This document shows positions 8,548 to 18,419 of a stretch of DNA of 64,000 nucleotides, piece by piece. Position 1 is the first letter of the stretch. Each line of letters opens with the position of its first letter. Where the stretch lies: assembly GCA_016875735.1 (NCBI GenBank), contig VGOW01000011.1, positions 9,288 through 73,287 on the forward strand, in the 5' to 3' direction. This stretch comes from Chloroflexota bacterium. GTDB taxonomy: Bacteria > Chloroflexota > Anaerolineae > Anaerolineales > VGOW01. The translations under genes were made by a program, and so were the position numbers. The notes beneath the pieces are model-generated. The model was given only the letters and a program-made list of their open reading frames with translations. It searched no databases and was not told where the DNA came from.

Positions 8548-10140
8548 TTACCGCGCCCGCTTCACATCGCTCAAAATTTCGCGCGCGGCGTTTTGGCCGG
8601 GACGCCCGTGAATGCCCGCGCCGGGATGCGCGCCCGCGCCGCACAGATACAGCCCGTCGATGGGCGCGCGATACTGCGCCCAGCCGCCCACAGGCCGCAT
8701 GAAGAAGAGATGCTCCAGCATCATCTCGCCGTGACTCACGTTGCCTTCGCTGAGGCCGTATTCATTTTCGAGATCGACCGGCGTGAGCACTTGCCGGTGG
8801 AGGATCGCGTTCTTGAGATTGGGCGCGTATTCGGCCAGCGTGTTCACCACCGCGTCGCCCAACTGCTCTTTGGCCCCGGCCCAATCGCCGCGCAAGTGAT
8901 ACGGCGCATACTGGGCCCACACCGACATCGTGTGCTTGCCTTCGGGCGCGCGCGACGGATCGGTGAGTGAGGGGATGACGGCTTCGAGGTACGGCTTCTG
9001 CGAGGCCCGGCCATACTTCGCGTCGTCGTGCGCGCGTTCGAGATAGTTGAGATCGGGGCTGATGGAGATCGTGCCGCGAAGGTGCGCGCCACTTCCCGCC
9101 ACGGCGGTGAAGTTCGGCAATTCGGCCAGCGCCAAATTGACCTTCGCCGCTGCGCCGCGCATCTTGATGTTACGAACGCCGCGCACGAAATCGGGGCCGA
9201 GCAGCATCGGATCGAGCAAACCGAAAAATGTGCGCTTCGGATCGAGGCTGGATACGATTCTCTTCGCGGCGATCTCTTCGCCGGTGGACAGCGCCACTCC
9301 CACCGCCCGCTCACCCTTCACGATGATTTGAGCCGCTTCCGCGCCCGTCCGTATTTCTGCGCCGAAACTTTTGGCCGCGCGGGCCAGCGACTCGGCCAAC
9401 TTGCCGATGCCGCCGCGCACGAGGCCGTTGGCGCGGAACACTCCGGCGGGAGCGCTCACGCAGTTGTGCAGGAATAGCAGGCCCGTGCCGGTGGCGCGCG
9501 GCCCTTGCGTGAGTCCGCTAATGCCCATCGCGCCCAGCGTGCCTTTGAGCACGTCGGTCTCGAACCAATCGTTGAGCAACTCGAACACTGAAATGGGGAT
9601 GAAGCGCAGGAACTCCGGGCGATCTTTGCCGTTGAGTTTTTGCAGCTGGCGGCCCAAGCCGGCCAGCGAAAGCAGTTCGGCGGGCGAGGGGTTGGGCACG
9701 CCCGGCATGGTTAGCGACTCGATGTGTTCGAGCACGGCGGCCATGCGCGCCACCAGCGAAACGAAGGCGGGCCATTTCTCCGCATCGCGTTTCGAGAAGC
9801 GTTGGATCGCGTCGATGTTGCGCGCGGTCTCTTGCCACAACAGAAGATGGCCGCCATCCACGAGGGGCGAGAACACGGTCGGGTTCGAGCGAACGATGTC
9901 CAAACCGTGTCGGCCTAAATCCAGATCGCGCATCATCGCGGTGTTGAGCCAGCCGATGCTGTGAGCCACGCTATCGAATTTGAATCCGGGAAAGACTTCT
10001 TCGGTGGCGGCCATGCCGCCGAGCACAGGCCGCCGCTCGAGCACGATCACTTTTTGCCCGGCCTTCGCCAAATAGGCGGCGGTGGTGAGCCCGTTGTGCC
10101 CGCCGCCGATGATGATTGCGTCGTATGTGTTTGCCATCAT
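8548..10140 (-). CDS. NAD(P)/FAD-dependent oxidoreductase, phytoene-desaturase-related (COG1233-like), copy 2
   Basis: 'YDAIIIGGGHNGLTTAAYLAKAG' is a dinucleotide-binding motif. The ATG at 10140 overlaps the stop of the upstream paralog (ATGA). It is colinear with 10137..11726 along the full length. Confidence 0.85.
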   Translation of the reverse strand: MMANTYDAIIIGGGHNGLTTAAYLAKAGQKVIVLERRPVLGGMAATEEVFPGFKFDSVAHSIGWLNTAMMRDLDLGRHGLDIVRSNPTVFSPLVDGGHLLLWQETARNIDAIQRFSKRDAEKWPAFVSLVARMAAVLEHIESLTMPGVPNPSPAELLSLAGLGRQLQKLNGKDRPEFLRFIPISVFELLNDWFETDVLKGTLGAMGISGLTQGPRATGTGLLFLHNCVSAPAGVFRANGLVRGGIGKLAESLARAAKSFGAEIRTGAEAAQIIVKGERAVGVALSTGEEIAAKRIVSSLDPKRTFFGLLDPMLLGPDFVRGVRNIKMRGAAAKVNLALAELPNFTAVAGSGAHLRGTISISPDLNYLERAHDDAKYGRASQKPYLEAVIPSLTDPSRAPEGKHTMSVWAQYAPYHLRGDWAGAKEQLGDAVVNTLAEYAPNLKNAILHRQVLTPVDLENEYGLSEGNVSHGEMMLEHLFFMRPVGGWAQYRAPIDGLYLCGAGAHPGAGIHGRPGQNAAREILSDVKRAR

Positions 10141-11726
10141 TGCCTCCACTCCTTCAACACTTCCAGCGCGGCCAGCCGCCCGTTGGCGCCCATGATGCCG
10201 CCGCCGGGATGCGTGCCCGAGCCGCATTGATAGAAACTGCGGAGGGGTGTGCGGTAGTCGGCCCACGCCGGTGTGGGGCGAAGGAAGAAGAGTTGGTGCA
10301 GTAACAGCTCGCCGTGAAAGATGTTGCCTTCGGTGAGGCCCATCGAGTTTTCGATGTCCCACGGAGAAAGCACTTGCCGATGGAGGATGGCGCGTTTGAT
10401 GTTGGGCGCGAATTGCTCCAGCGTGTTGATCACCGCATCGCCGAAGGCTTCGCGTTTGGCCTCATCCCATCCGCCGTTGAGGTTGTATGGCGCGTACTGC
10501 ACGAAGCACGACATCACGTGTTTGCCGGGCGGGGCCATGTGCGGATCAATGAGCGAGGGGATGATGCAATCAATGTACGGCTGGCGCGAGAACTCGCCGT
10601 ACTTCGCGTCGTCGTAGGCGCGTTCGAGATGATCGAGCGTGGGGCTGATGGACATGGCCCCCCGAAGATGAGGCCCCATGCCGGGCATGGCGGTGAAGTT
10701 CGGCAGCTCGCTCAGCGAAAGATTCACTTTGCCCGACGAGCCTTGAATTTTGAATCGGCGGATGGCGTCGAGAAAATCGTTCGGCAGTTCTTTCGACTCG
10801 ATCAGTTTGAGGAAGGTGCGCTTCGGGTCGAGGCCGGAGAGGATGACTTTGGCGTAAATCTCTTCGCCGCTTTCGAGCGCGACACCGACTGCCTGCCCGT
10901 TTTTGATGATGACCTGCGACACTCCGGCGTTGCACCGAACCTCTGCGCCCAAACTTTTCGCCGCGCTGGCAATCGCCTCGCTGATGCCGCCCGTGCCGCC
11001 TTTGGCAAAACCCCAGGCGCGGAACGCGCCGTCGATCTCGCCCATGTAGTGATGCAGAAGAACGTAGGCCGAGCCGGGCGAGCGCGGCCCCATGAATGTG
11101 CCGATGATTCCGCTGGCCGACTTGGTAGCTTTGAGCGGCTCGCACTCGAACCACTCTTCCAAAAAGTCGGCCGCGCTCATGGTCATCAATTTGTACAGCC
11201 CGCGAAATTTGTCTTCGCCGAGCGAGGCCATATGCCCGCCGAGCGCGGCCAGCCCGCGCAGATCGCCGAAACTCAAGGCGGTGATGTCCGGCGGGATCAT
11301 GCTGAGGATGGGTTTGACAGCGCGGGCCATGTGATACATCGCCCGCCCGTATTCGTCGTACACGTCGGCATCCTTCGGCGAGTGGCGGTAAATCTCGCGC
11401 CGAGTCTTATCGTGATCATCCCAAAAGGCAATGTAGTCGCCGTTGAGCATGGGGGTGAAGGTGCTGGGCAGGGGCAGAATGGTGAGGCCGTGTTTCGCCA
11501 ATTGCAGATCACGAATGATCTCCGGGCGCAGGAGGCTCACTACATACGAGGCCACCGTGTATTTGAAGCCGGGGTTGATCTCTTCGGTGACGGCCGCGCC
11601 GCCGACGAGGTAGCGTTTTTCGAGCACAAGAGCGCTTTTGCCCGCCCGCGCCAAATAGGCCGCGGCCACCAATCCATTGTGCCCGCCGCCGATGATGATT
11701 GCGTCGTAAGTTTTTGCCATAGTCAA
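10137..11726 (-). CDS. NAD(P)/FAD-dependent oxidoreductase, phytoene-desaturase-related (COG1233-like), copy 1
   Basis: Contains 'YDAIIIGGGHNGLVAAAYLARAG'. It is the tandem paralog of 8548..10140. Confidence 0.85.
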   Translation of the reverse strand: MTMAKTYDAIIIGGGHNGLVAAAYLARAGKSALVLEKRYLVGGAAVTEEINPGFKYTVASYVVSLLRPEIIRDLQLAKHGLTILPLPSTFTPMLNGDYIAFWDDHDKTRREIYRHSPKDADVYDEYGRAMYHMARAVKPILSMIPPDITALSFGDLRGLAALGGHMASLGEDKFRGLYKLMTMSAADFLEEWFECEPLKATKSASGIIGTFMGPRSPGSAYVLLHHYMGEIDGAFRAWGFAKGGTGGISEAIASAAKSLGAEVRCNAGVSQVIIKNGQAVGVALESGEEIYAKVILSGLDPKRTFLKLIESKELPNDFLDAIRRFKIQGSSGKVNLSLSELPNFTAMPGMGPHLRGAMSISPTLDHLERAYDDAKYGEFSRQPYIDCIIPSLIDPHMAPPGKHVMSCFVQYAPYNLNGGWDEAKREAFGDAVINTLEQFAPNIKRAILHRQVLSPWDIENSMGLTEGNIFHGELLLHQLFFLRPTPAWADYRTPLRSFYQCGSGTHPGGGIMGANGRLAALEVLKEWRQ

Positions 11727-11730
11727 AGCC

Positions 11731-11793
11731 GTCAGCAGTCAGCGGTCAGCGGTCAGACTCGACACAGGCTGATCGCTGATTGCTGAACGCTGT
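11731..11793. repeat. inverted heptamer arrays forming a hairpin (GTCAGCG / GCTGATC family), intergenic
   Basis: GTCAGCAGTCAGCGGTCAGCGGTCAG ... CTGATCGCTGATTGCTGAACGCTG. Confidence 0.7.
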
Positions 11794-11796
11794 TCG

Positions 11797-12987
11797 CTAT
11801 TTCCGTTTTCGCTCCGGATCGAAGAACGGCAGTTTCGCCACGAAGGCTCGCGCCAGCCGCCGCTTGTGATCGACCGTGATTTCCATGAAGACCTGAGTGC
11901 CCGGCTGAGCGTGCGTCGTTTCGAGGTGCGCCAACACGATGTACTTCTTGAGCAGAGGCGACCACACGCCGCTCGTCGCGTAACCGATCTGCCGCCCGCC
12001 GGAATAAATGGGGACATCGGATCGCCATGCGGTCATCGGCAGATTCACGGGCAGGCCGACTTCGTTGTGCGCCCTCTCCAGCGACTCCCATTCCACTTCC
12101 AACCCAACCATGTGCCACGCCGAGCCGCGCTCCTTTTCGGCCAACAGCGCGCGCTTGCCCACGAAGTCGCCTTTGTCGAAGCTCACCGTCCAGCCCAAGC
12201 CCAACTCGAACGGCGATGACTTCTGCGATTCGATGAGCGCTTTCTTGGCCGAGGTGTAATCCACGTCAAGCATGATCAACCCGGCCTCGATGCGAGCCAC
12301 GTCGAGGGCGAGTATCCCGGCGGGGGTGATGTCATACGGAGTCCCGGCCTCGATCAACGTATCCCACAAGGCCGAGGCGTTGGCGGCGCCCACCCAGATT
12401 TCGTAGCCGAGATCGCCGGTGTATCCGGTTCGGGAAATCGTGGCCGCGATCCCGCCGATGCGCGCCGAAGTTAATCGGAAGTATTGGAGGCCGTCAAGAT
12501 TCGTATCACAGGCTTGATTGAGGATGGCGCGGGAGAGCGGCCCCTGCAATGCCACCGCGGCTGTGGAATCGGACTCGTCTTCGATCGCGAGATTCTTGAG
12601 GCCGAAGGCGTTGGCGTGCAACCAATGGAGATTCGGCTCGGCGGCGGTGAGGCGGAAAGTTTGCTCGTCGAGTCGGGCCAGCGTGCCGTCGTCGATCACT
12701 TTGCCATCTTCGTCGCACCACGTCGTGTACAACATTTGCCCCGCCGCACATTGGGCAACGTTGCGCGTCACCAATCGGTTGAGAAACCGAACGGCGTCGG
12801 GGCCGCGAATGATGTATTTGTGCAGGGGGGTGATGTCGATGAGCGCCGCCGAATTGCGAATGGCAAAGTATTCGCGGTCGTGATTCAATTCGTATGAGCC
12901 GACGACAAAGTAGCCGGCCCATCGCCGCCAGTTTTGCGGCTCGCACAACGGCGCCGTTCGGGGATGAAAAGGTGTGCCTCGCGTCAT
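11797..12987 (-). CDS. aminomethyltransferase-family protein (GcvT/DmdA-like, folate-dependent)
   Basis: Contains 'EYFAIRNSAALIDITPLHKYIIRGPDA', 'TRTGYTGDLGYEIW' and a C-terminal barrel region. These match the GcvT fold. Confidence 0.85.
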   Translation of the reverse strand: MTRGTPFHPRTAPLCEPQNWRRWAGYFVVGSYELNHDREYFAIRNSAALIDITPLHKYIIRGPDAVRFLNRLVTRNVAQCAAGQMLYTTWCDEDGKVIDDGTLARLDEQTFRLTAAEPNLHWLHANAFGLKNLAIEDESDSTAAVALQGPLSRAILNQACDTNLDGLQYFRLTSARIGGIAATISRTGYTGDLGYEIWVGAANASALWDTLIEAGTPYDITPAGILALDVARIEAGLIMLDVDYTSAKKALIESQKSSPFELGLGWTVSFDKGDFVGKRALLAEKERGSAWHMVGLEVEWESLERAHNEVGLPVNLPMTAWRSDVPIYSGGRQIGYATSGVWSPLLKKYIVLAHLETTHAQPGTQVFMEITVDHKRRLARAFVAKLPFFDPERKRK

Positions 12988-12999
12988 AAATGTCTCCGT

Positions 13000-13764
13000 T
13001 TATTTTGAGTATCCCAACGTTTTGGAGATCCGATCCGCCGCTTGAATCGCGCGCGGCGTTAGTTCCGCAATTCGCTCCGGCGTGAGCCGCGCGCTCGGCC
13101 CGCCCACCGAGATGGCCGCCACCACCCGCCCCTCGTGATTTCGCACCGGCGCACCCACCGCCACATGCCCCACTTCGAGTTCTTCGTCGGCAACGGCGTA
13201 GCCCTGCTCGCGCACGCGGTTCAGTTCGCGGCGAAGCGCGGCGGGCGAGGTGACGGAGTTCGCGGTGGGCTTCGCCAGTCGTCCGCTCAAAATGGCGTCG
13301 AACTCTTCGGTGGAGAGGTGAGCCAACAGCACTTTGCCGGTGGAGGTGGTATGCGCCGGCCAGCGCGTGCCAATGGAAGGGGTTGCGCCGACGAAATAGT
13401 GGCTAAGCACTTCATCGAGAATCAGGGTTTCGCCGCCGGTGAGAACTTCGAGCGTCGCCGTCTCGCCGGTCTTCTGCGCCAGGGCTTCGAGCTCGGGGCG
13501 GCTGGCGAGGTAGAGTCGGTTGGCGCGCAGGGCCCGGCCCCCCAGCGCAATGGCTTCGGGGCCGAGTCGGTATGAGTCGGTTTCGTCGTTTTTGGAGATC
13601 AGCCCAGCGCTTTCGAGCGCGGTGAGCATCCGAAAGGCGGTGGTCTTGTTCAGTTTGGCGGCGCGCGCCAGTTCTTTCAGCCCGAGTTCGGGTTGCGAAT
13701 CGGTGAAGGCTTTGAGCAGAGCCACCGCGCGCAATACAGATTGGGTGCCGGGATAGGCTGGCAT
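13000..13764 (-). CDS. IclR-family transcriptional regulator
   Basis: HTH 'LKELARAAKLNKTTAFRMLTALESAGLI' plus an IclR effector domain ('VGAPVRNHEGRVVAAISV'). I preferred the ATG at 13764 over the TTG at 13794. Confidence 0.85.
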   Translation of the reverse strand: MPAYPGTQSVLRAVALLKAFTDSQPELGLKELARAAKLNKTTAFRMLTALESAGLISKNDETDSYRLGPEAIALGGRALRANRLYLASRPELEALAQKTGETATLEVLTGGETLILDEVLSHYFVGATPSIGTRWPAHTTSTGKVLLAHLSTEEFDAILSGRLAKPTANSVTSPAALRRELNRVREQGYAVADEELEVGHVAVGAPVRNHEGRVVAAISVGGPSARLTPERIAELTPRAIQAADRISKTLGYSK

Positions 13765-13778
13765 GAGGAGAAAATTCC

Positions 13779-13807
13779 TTGACAACGCCCGCAAAGCCGA
13801 ATAGACT
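13779..13807 (+). promoter_or_regulatory. sigma70-like promoter in the iclR/yitT divergent region
   Basis: TTGACA (13779-13784), a 17-nt spacer, then TAGACT (13802-13807). The surrounding intergenic region is AT-rich. Confidence 0.4.
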
Positions 13808-13838
13808 ATGTTTCATATTGTAAAATGGTGTTTCAATA

Positions 13839-14705
13839 ATGTCAACGTCCAGATTCCACCAAATCGGCGATTACGCCATCATCATCGTAGGGGCATCACT
13901 GCAAGCGGTGGCCTTCTTTCTGTTTCTCGTCCCGGCGCAGTTTGCGCCCGGCGGACTCAGCGGCGCGGCGCAGATTCTCAACAGTTTCACCGGCTGGCCC
14001 ATCGGCGCGATTGTGCTGATTGCGAATGTGCCGCTCTTCATTCTCGGCTGGCGCTTTTTGGGCGGGCGGCGATTCTTCGCCCGAACGATCTTTGCTTCGG
14101 TCGTGTTCTCGGTGGTGCTCGATGCGCTCGCGCTTTTCTTTCCGCGCGGCGGCGTCACTGCCGATCCGGTGCTGAACGCGCTGTACGGCGCACTGCTGGG
14201 AGGCGTGGGCGGCGGGCTGGTCATCCGCTTTCAGGGCACGAGCGGCGGCACCGAGATTCTGGCGCGGCTCGTGTCGCAACGATACGGCATCCCGCTCTCG
14301 CAAAGCTACATGTACACTGATGCGGTTGTGGTGTTTCTGTCGGGATTGGCTTTCAGTTGGAGTCACGCGCTGTACGGACTCATCGTGCTGTATCTGTGGG
14401 GCGTCGTCACCGATTTCGTCGTCGAGGGGCAAGGCGTGATTCGCGCGGCGATGATCGTCACCGAACAGCCGGAGGCGGTGTCACGTCAGATCATGGCCGA
14501 CCTCGCGCGCGGCGTGACGGCGTGGGCGGGAACGGGAATGTATTCGGGCGAGGGAAAGCAGATCCTGTATTGCGTCGTCACCCGCTCAGAGTTGGCGCAG
14601 CTCAAAGCCATCATTCACGAAGCCGATCCGGATGCGTTTGTGGTGATCGGCGTGGCGCACGAGGCGTTGGGAGAAGGATTCAAACGACTGGGCGGGGAGA
14701 GGTGA
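13839..14705 (+). CDS. YitT-family membrane protein with a C-terminal DUF2179 domain
   Basis: Contains 'FLVPAQFAPGGLSG', 'GGLVIRFQGTSGGTEI' and a C-terminal 'MIVTEQPEAV...VVIGVAHEALGEGF'. Confidence 0.85.
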   Translation: MSTSRFHQIGDYAIIIVGASLQAVAFFLFLVPAQFAPGGLSGAAQILNSFTGWPIGAIVLIANVPLFILGWRFLGGRRFFARTIFASVVFSVVLDALALFFPRGGVTADPVLNALYGALLGGVGGGLVIRFQGTSGGTEILARLVSQRYGIPLSQSYMYTDAVVVFLSGLAFSWSHALYGLIVLYLWGVVTDFVVEGQGVIRAAMIVTEQPEAVSRQIMADLARGVTAWAGTGMYSGEGKQILYCVVTRSELAQLKAIIHEADPDAFVVIGVAHEALGEGFKRLGGER

Positions 14706-14734
14706 GTTATCATTCGCTCAAAGGAGTCCTCACG

Positions 14735-15559
14735 ATGAACACGCCCCTACCCCATTGGCGATACGACCGCCTCACTTGGCCGGAGATGAAAGCGGCTCTG
14801 GCTCGCAAGCCACAGCCCGTTGTGGCCGTGCCCATCGGCGCGGTGGAAGATCACGGCCCGCACACGCCCCTCTCCACCGACAACGACATCCTCGAAGGTG
14901 TGCTGGCCGAGTGCGGCAAACGCGCCGATGGCGATCTGCTCATTCTGCCGACGATCCCCTTTGGGCTTGACGAGCATCACATGGATTTTCCCGGCACGAT
15001 TGCGATTGACATCGAGACGACGCTGGCCTATCTTTCGCAAACGGCCATCTCCGTTGCCCGGCACGGCTTCACCCACATTTTGATCGTGAACGGGCACGGA
15101 TCGAATCAATCGATCTGCGATCTGGCGGCGCGCAAGTGTGTGCTTGCCGCCGGCATCGCCTGCGCCGCCACCACCGTGAACGCCGCCGTGAGTCCGGCGC
15201 TGGTGGCCGACGTGCTCGACACTGAGCGCAGAGGCGGCTGGGGCAGTGTGGGGCACGCCTGCGAATACGAGACGGCGATGATGCTGCATCTGCATCCCGA
15301 ACTTGTGCAGATAGATAAAGCCTACCGCGACATCGGCCAAGCCAAACTGAAATACTTCAATTGGGACTACCCGGAGCCGAGCGCGTATTCGTGGCAGGAT
15401 TGGTGGAGCCGATTTTCAAAGGAAGGGATCTGCGGCGACGCCTCGGCGGCCACCCCCGAGTTTGGCCGCCGGATGTTCGAGGTGACGGTGTCCCGTTTCG
15501 TCGAGCTCGTCCGCGAGTTTCAGGCCATCCCCATCAAGCCGCGAGTCGATCATCACTGA
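14735..15559 (+). CDS. creatininase-family amidohydrolase
   Basis: Contains 'VAVPIGAVEDHGPHTPLSTD', 'ILIVNGHGSN' and 'GHACEYETAMM'. The ATG at 14735 is preceded by AAGGAG. The upstream part of track ORF 14357.. is shadow. Confidence 0.85.
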   Translation: MNTPLPHWRYDRLTWPEMKAALARKPQPVVAVPIGAVEDHGPHTPLSTDNDILEGVLAECGKRADGDLLILPTIPFGLDEHHMDFPGTIAIDIETTLAYLSQTAISVARHGFTHILIVNGHGSNQSICDLAARKCVLAAGIACAATTVNAAVSPALVADVLDTERRGGWGSVGHACEYETAMMLHLHPELVQIDKAYRDIGQAKLKYFNWDYPEPSAYSWQDWWSRFSKEGICGDASAATPEFGRRMFEVTVSRFVELVREFQAIPIKPRVDHH

Positions 15560-15560
15560 G

Positions 15561-15589
15561 TTGCGCCTCTCCTCCTCAGTGCTATAATC
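15561..15589 (+). promoter_or_regulatory. sigma70-like promoter of the amino-acid ABC operon
   Basis: TTGCGC (15561-15566), a 17-nt spacer, then TATAAT (15584-15589). GGAGGAG precedes the ATG at 15620. Confidence 0.5.
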
Positions 15590-15619
15590 CGTCACACTAT
15601 CCTGAAGGAGGAGAGCAAA

Positions 15620-16531
15620 ATGAAAAAACTGAATATCGCCGTTAGCCTGCTGGTCGTCGCCGCGTTCGTGTTGGTTGCCTGCGGCGGCGGCGCCACCGAA
15701 GCGCCCAAGGATCTGCTCGGCCAGATCATGGCGCGCGGAACGCTCGTCGTTTCCACTGATCCGAACTACGCGCCGCAGAGCGTTGCCAAGCCCGATGGCA
15801 AGCGCACCGAGGGCACCAAGTGCGCCAGCGATCAGTTGACCGCCGGAGAACTCGAAGGCTTCGATGTTGACGTGGCCCTCGAACTGGGCAAGCGACTCGG
15901 CGTGGAGACATGCTTCGTCACCCCCGGCTGGGATCTGATCACCGCCGGAAGTTGGGCTGACAAATGGGACATCAGCGTTGGCTCGATGACCATCACCACG
16001 GGCCGCCAGCAAGTTTTGCACTTCACATCGCCGTATTATTACACCCCGGCGCAGTTCGCCGCCGCCGCCGATTCGGGCATCGCCTCGCTGGACGACATCG
16101 CTAACCAGCCGGTGTGCGTCGGTGTAGCCACCACCTATGAGTCGTATCTCAACAAGAAGTTCGACGATCTCGGCCTGCCGGAATCGAGCATCTACGCTCA
16201 GCCGCCGGAAGGCGTTACCGTCATCCCGCTCACGAGCGATCAGGACTGCGCGCAATCCATCGGCGCCGGCCGCACCGACTTTCAGGTGTATCTCACTTCG
16301 GGCACCGTCGTCGATCAGAACATCGCCAGCGGCGTGCCGGTGGTGAAAGTCGGCTCGCCCGTGTACTCGGAAGATTTGTCGGTGGCGATTGACAAGTCGC
16401 ATTCGCTCGACCCGACCTCGCTGGTGAGCAAACTCGATGAGGCGGTCAAAGCCATGCACACCGATGGCACACTAGCCAAACTCTCGAACCAGTGGTTTGG
16501 CATTGACCTGACACAGGCCCCCAACAAATAA
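15620..16531 (+). CDS. amino-acid ABC transporter substrate-binding lipoprotein (family 3 SBP)
   Basis: Lipobox 'LVACGG', plus 'LVVSTDPNYAPQS' and 'GFDVDVALELGKRLG'. Confidence 0.85.
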   Translation: MKKLNIAVSLLVVAAFVLVACGGGATEAPKDLLGQIMARGTLVVSTDPNYAPQSVAKPDGKRTEGTKCASDQLTAGELEGFDVDVALELGKRLGVETCFVTPGWDLITAGSWADKWDISVGSMTITTGRQQVLHFTSPYYYTPAQFAAAADSGIASLDDIANQPVCVGVATTYESYLNKKFDDLGLPESSIYAQPPEGVTVIPLTSDQDCAQSIGAGRTDFQVYLTSGTVVDQNIASGVPVVKVGSPVYSEDLSVAIDKSHSLDPTSLVSKLDEAVKAMHTDGTLAKLSNQWFGIDLTQAPNK

Positions 16532-16546
16532 CCCTCACGTTGACAT

Positions 16547-16580
16547 GTGGAAGCGGCTGGAAAGCCGCTTCCACTTTTTT
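16547..16580 (+). terminator. intra-operon terminator/attenuator hairpin after the SBP gene
   Basis: GTGGAAGCGGCT-GGAA-AGCCGCTTCCAC followed by TTTTTT. Confidence 0.7.
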
Positions 16581-16583
16581 GCT

Positions 16584-17549
16584 ATGGCAACCGTCACCAC
16601 CACCCCTTCGGCCTCCACCCCCGCCCCCAAAAGTCAGGCGCAGTTGATCCTCGAACGGAATCGACGAGCCCGCCGCAACTTCACGCTCAGTGTAGTCGCC
16701 TCGTGGATCGCCATGCTCCTCCTGTTGTTGTTTCTGTTCAGCGGCCTGAAGCTCAAGTCGAGCGCCGCCGGAACGCAAATTGCGATCACAAAATGGGTGG
16801 AGACAACAGGCAACAAACAGAAGCAGGATGAGACGCTGTTCAGTCTGCCCGTTGGAATCCCCAGCGGCGAGTTCGCGTATTCGACCATCACCCTCGACTG
16901 GGGCTTCGTGGGCAAAAACTTTGCCTTCATTCGAGACGGCATTTGGCAGACGATTGGCATCTCGGCCCTCTCGATTGTGACCGCCACCGTTTTGGCGCTG
17001 TTGGCCGCGCTCGGGCGGCTGTCCACCTTCCCGCCCGTGTACGCGCTTTCCACGTTTTACGTTTCGCTCATTCGCGGCACACCGCTCTTTTTGCAGGTCA
17101 TCTTCTTCTTTCTCGCCCTGCCGCAACTGGGCATCGATCTGTCTGGCCTGTGGGCCGGTGTGATCGCGCTCGGACTCAACTACGGCGCGTACATGAGCGA
17201 AATCTTCCGCGCCGGTTTGCTCTCGGTGGGCAAAGGCCAGCGCGAAGCGGCGTTGGCGTTGGGCATGACTCAATCGCAGATGATGCTTCGCATCGTCATC
17301 CCGCAGGCTCTGCGCTTTGCCGTTCCGCCCACGGGCAACGAATTCATTGCCATGCTGAAAGATTCCGCGCTGGTGTCGGCCACCGGCTTCGTGCACGAGA
17401 TTCTGTGGCGGGCCGGGGCCGCCGGAAAGCCGGTGAATCGCAACCTCGAGGCGTTGATGATCGCCGCCGTGTTCTACTGGTTCATGACTATTTCGTTCTC
17501 CGCACTGCAAGACCGGCTGGAAAAATACATGGCCCGCGGAGACCGGTGA
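16584..17549 (+). CDS. amino-acid ABC transporter permease (HisMQ/GlnP type)
   Basis: Contains '[14 protein letters not shown]' and the EAA-like '[23 protein letters not shown]'. I moved the start to the ATG at 16584 because 16547-16580 is a terminator-like hairpin. Confidence 0.8.
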   Translation: MATVTTTPSASTPAPKSQAQLILERNRRARRNFTLSVVASWIAMLLLLLFLFSGLKLKSSAAGTQIAITKWVETTGNKQKQDETLFSLPVGIPSGEFAYSTITLDWGFVGKNFAFIRDGIWQTIGISALSIVTATVLALLAALGRLSTFPPVYALSTFYVSLIRGTPLFLQVIFFFLALPQLGIDLSGLWAGVIALGLNYGAYMSEIFRAGLLSVGKGQREAALALGMTQSQMMLRIVIPQALRFAVPPTGNEFIAMLKDSALVSATGFVHEILWRAGAAGKPVNRNLEALMIAAVFYWFMTISFSALQDRLEKYMARGDR

Positions 17550-17551
17550 CC

Positions 17552-17616
17552 ATTGCAGATTGCAGATTGCAGATTGCAGATTGAAAAATCTGCAATCTAA
17601 CATCTGCGATCTAAAA
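17552..17616. repeat. inverted heptamer arrays forming a hairpin ((ATTGCAG)x4), between the permease and ATPase genes
   Basis: ATTGCAG repeated four times perfectly, then AATCTGCAATCTAACATCTGCGATC. Confidence 0.8.
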
Positions 17617-17622
17617 TCCCCC

Positions 17623-18372
17623 GTGCCCATCGTCAAAGTTTCCAACCTCGACAAATACTTTGGCCGCCTGCATGTGCTGAAAAACATTTCGCTGGAAGTG
17701 GCCGAGCGCGAAGTGGTGGTGATTATTGGCCGCAGCGGCTCCGGCAAAAGCACCCTGCTCCGCTGTATTAACTTCCTCGAAGAGCCGGACAACGGGATGA
17801 TCGAAGTGGACGGCATCTCGGTGCCGGCTACCCACCGCAAGACGCGCGAGCACAATCAGCAAGTGCACGATCTGCGGCTCAAGACCGGCATGGTCTTCCA
17901 AGAGTTCAATCTGTTTCCGCACCTCAACGTGATCGAGAACATCATCGAAGCGCCGGTCACGGTGAAGAAGATGAGCAAAGAGCAGGCGTCGGAGATCGGG
18001 ATGCGCTTTTTGGAGAAGGTGGGGCTGGCGGCCAAGCGCAGTGAGTTTCCGGCGCGGTTGTCGGGCGGGCAGAAACAGCGGGTGGCCATTGCCCGCGCGC
18101 TGGCGATGGAGCCGCGGGTAATGCTCTTCGACGAGCCGACTTCGGCGCTCGACCCGGAATTGATCGGCGAAGTGCTGAACGTGATGAAGCAGCTGGCCAA
18201 AGAGGGCATGACGATGGCCATCGTCACCCACGAAATGTCGTTTGCCCGCGAGGTGGCCGACCGGGTGATTTACATGGACGAGGGCTGTATCATCGAGCAG
18301 GGCGAGCCGGAGAAAATCTTTGCCGCCCCCGCCGACCCGCGCACCAAACAATTCCTCGAACGCATTCGGTGA
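17623..18372 (+). CDS. amino-acid ABC transporter ATP-binding protein
   Basis: Walker A 'GRSGSGKST', signature '[15 protein letters not shown]' and Walker B '[11 protein letters not shown]'. The GTG at 17623 gives the usual '[13 protein letters not shown]' N-terminus. The upstream 21 codons of the track ORF are a heptamer repeat. Confidence 0.85.
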   Translation: MPIVKVSNLDKYFGRLHVLKNISLEVAEREVVVIIGRSGSGKSTLLRCINFLEEPDNGMIEVDGISVPATHRKTREHNQQVHDLRLKTGMVFQEFNLFPHLNVIENIIEAPVTVKKMSKEQASEIGMRFLEKVGLAAKRSEFPARLSGGQKQRVAIARALAMEPRVMLFDEPTSALDPELIGEVLNVMKQLAKEGMTMAIVTHEMSFAREVADRVIYMDEGCIIEQGEPEKIFAAPADPRTKQFLERIR

Positions 18373-18419
18373 GGGAGGGCACGCCCCTTCCATCGCGCGT
18401 CAGCCCGCTGTTTTAGGCA

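Noticed and set aside
10314-11786. Long antisense or off-frame ORFs. Examples: 10314..11786 +, 42597..44117 +, 44915..46525 +, 15416..16459 -, 16446..17855 -, 58874..59899 +, 30894..32303 -, 35658..36719 -
   Set aside because: All overlap strongly supported genes on the opposite strand or in another frame. Their Arg/Gly/Pro/His-rich low-complexity translations are typical shadow ORFs in high-GC DNA.
17552-17616. Heptamer and other short tandem arrays (here and at ~23 other loci) as CRISPR arrays
   Set aside because: The repeat units are 7-10 nt with no unique spacers, the arrays are under 120 bp, and no cas genes are present.
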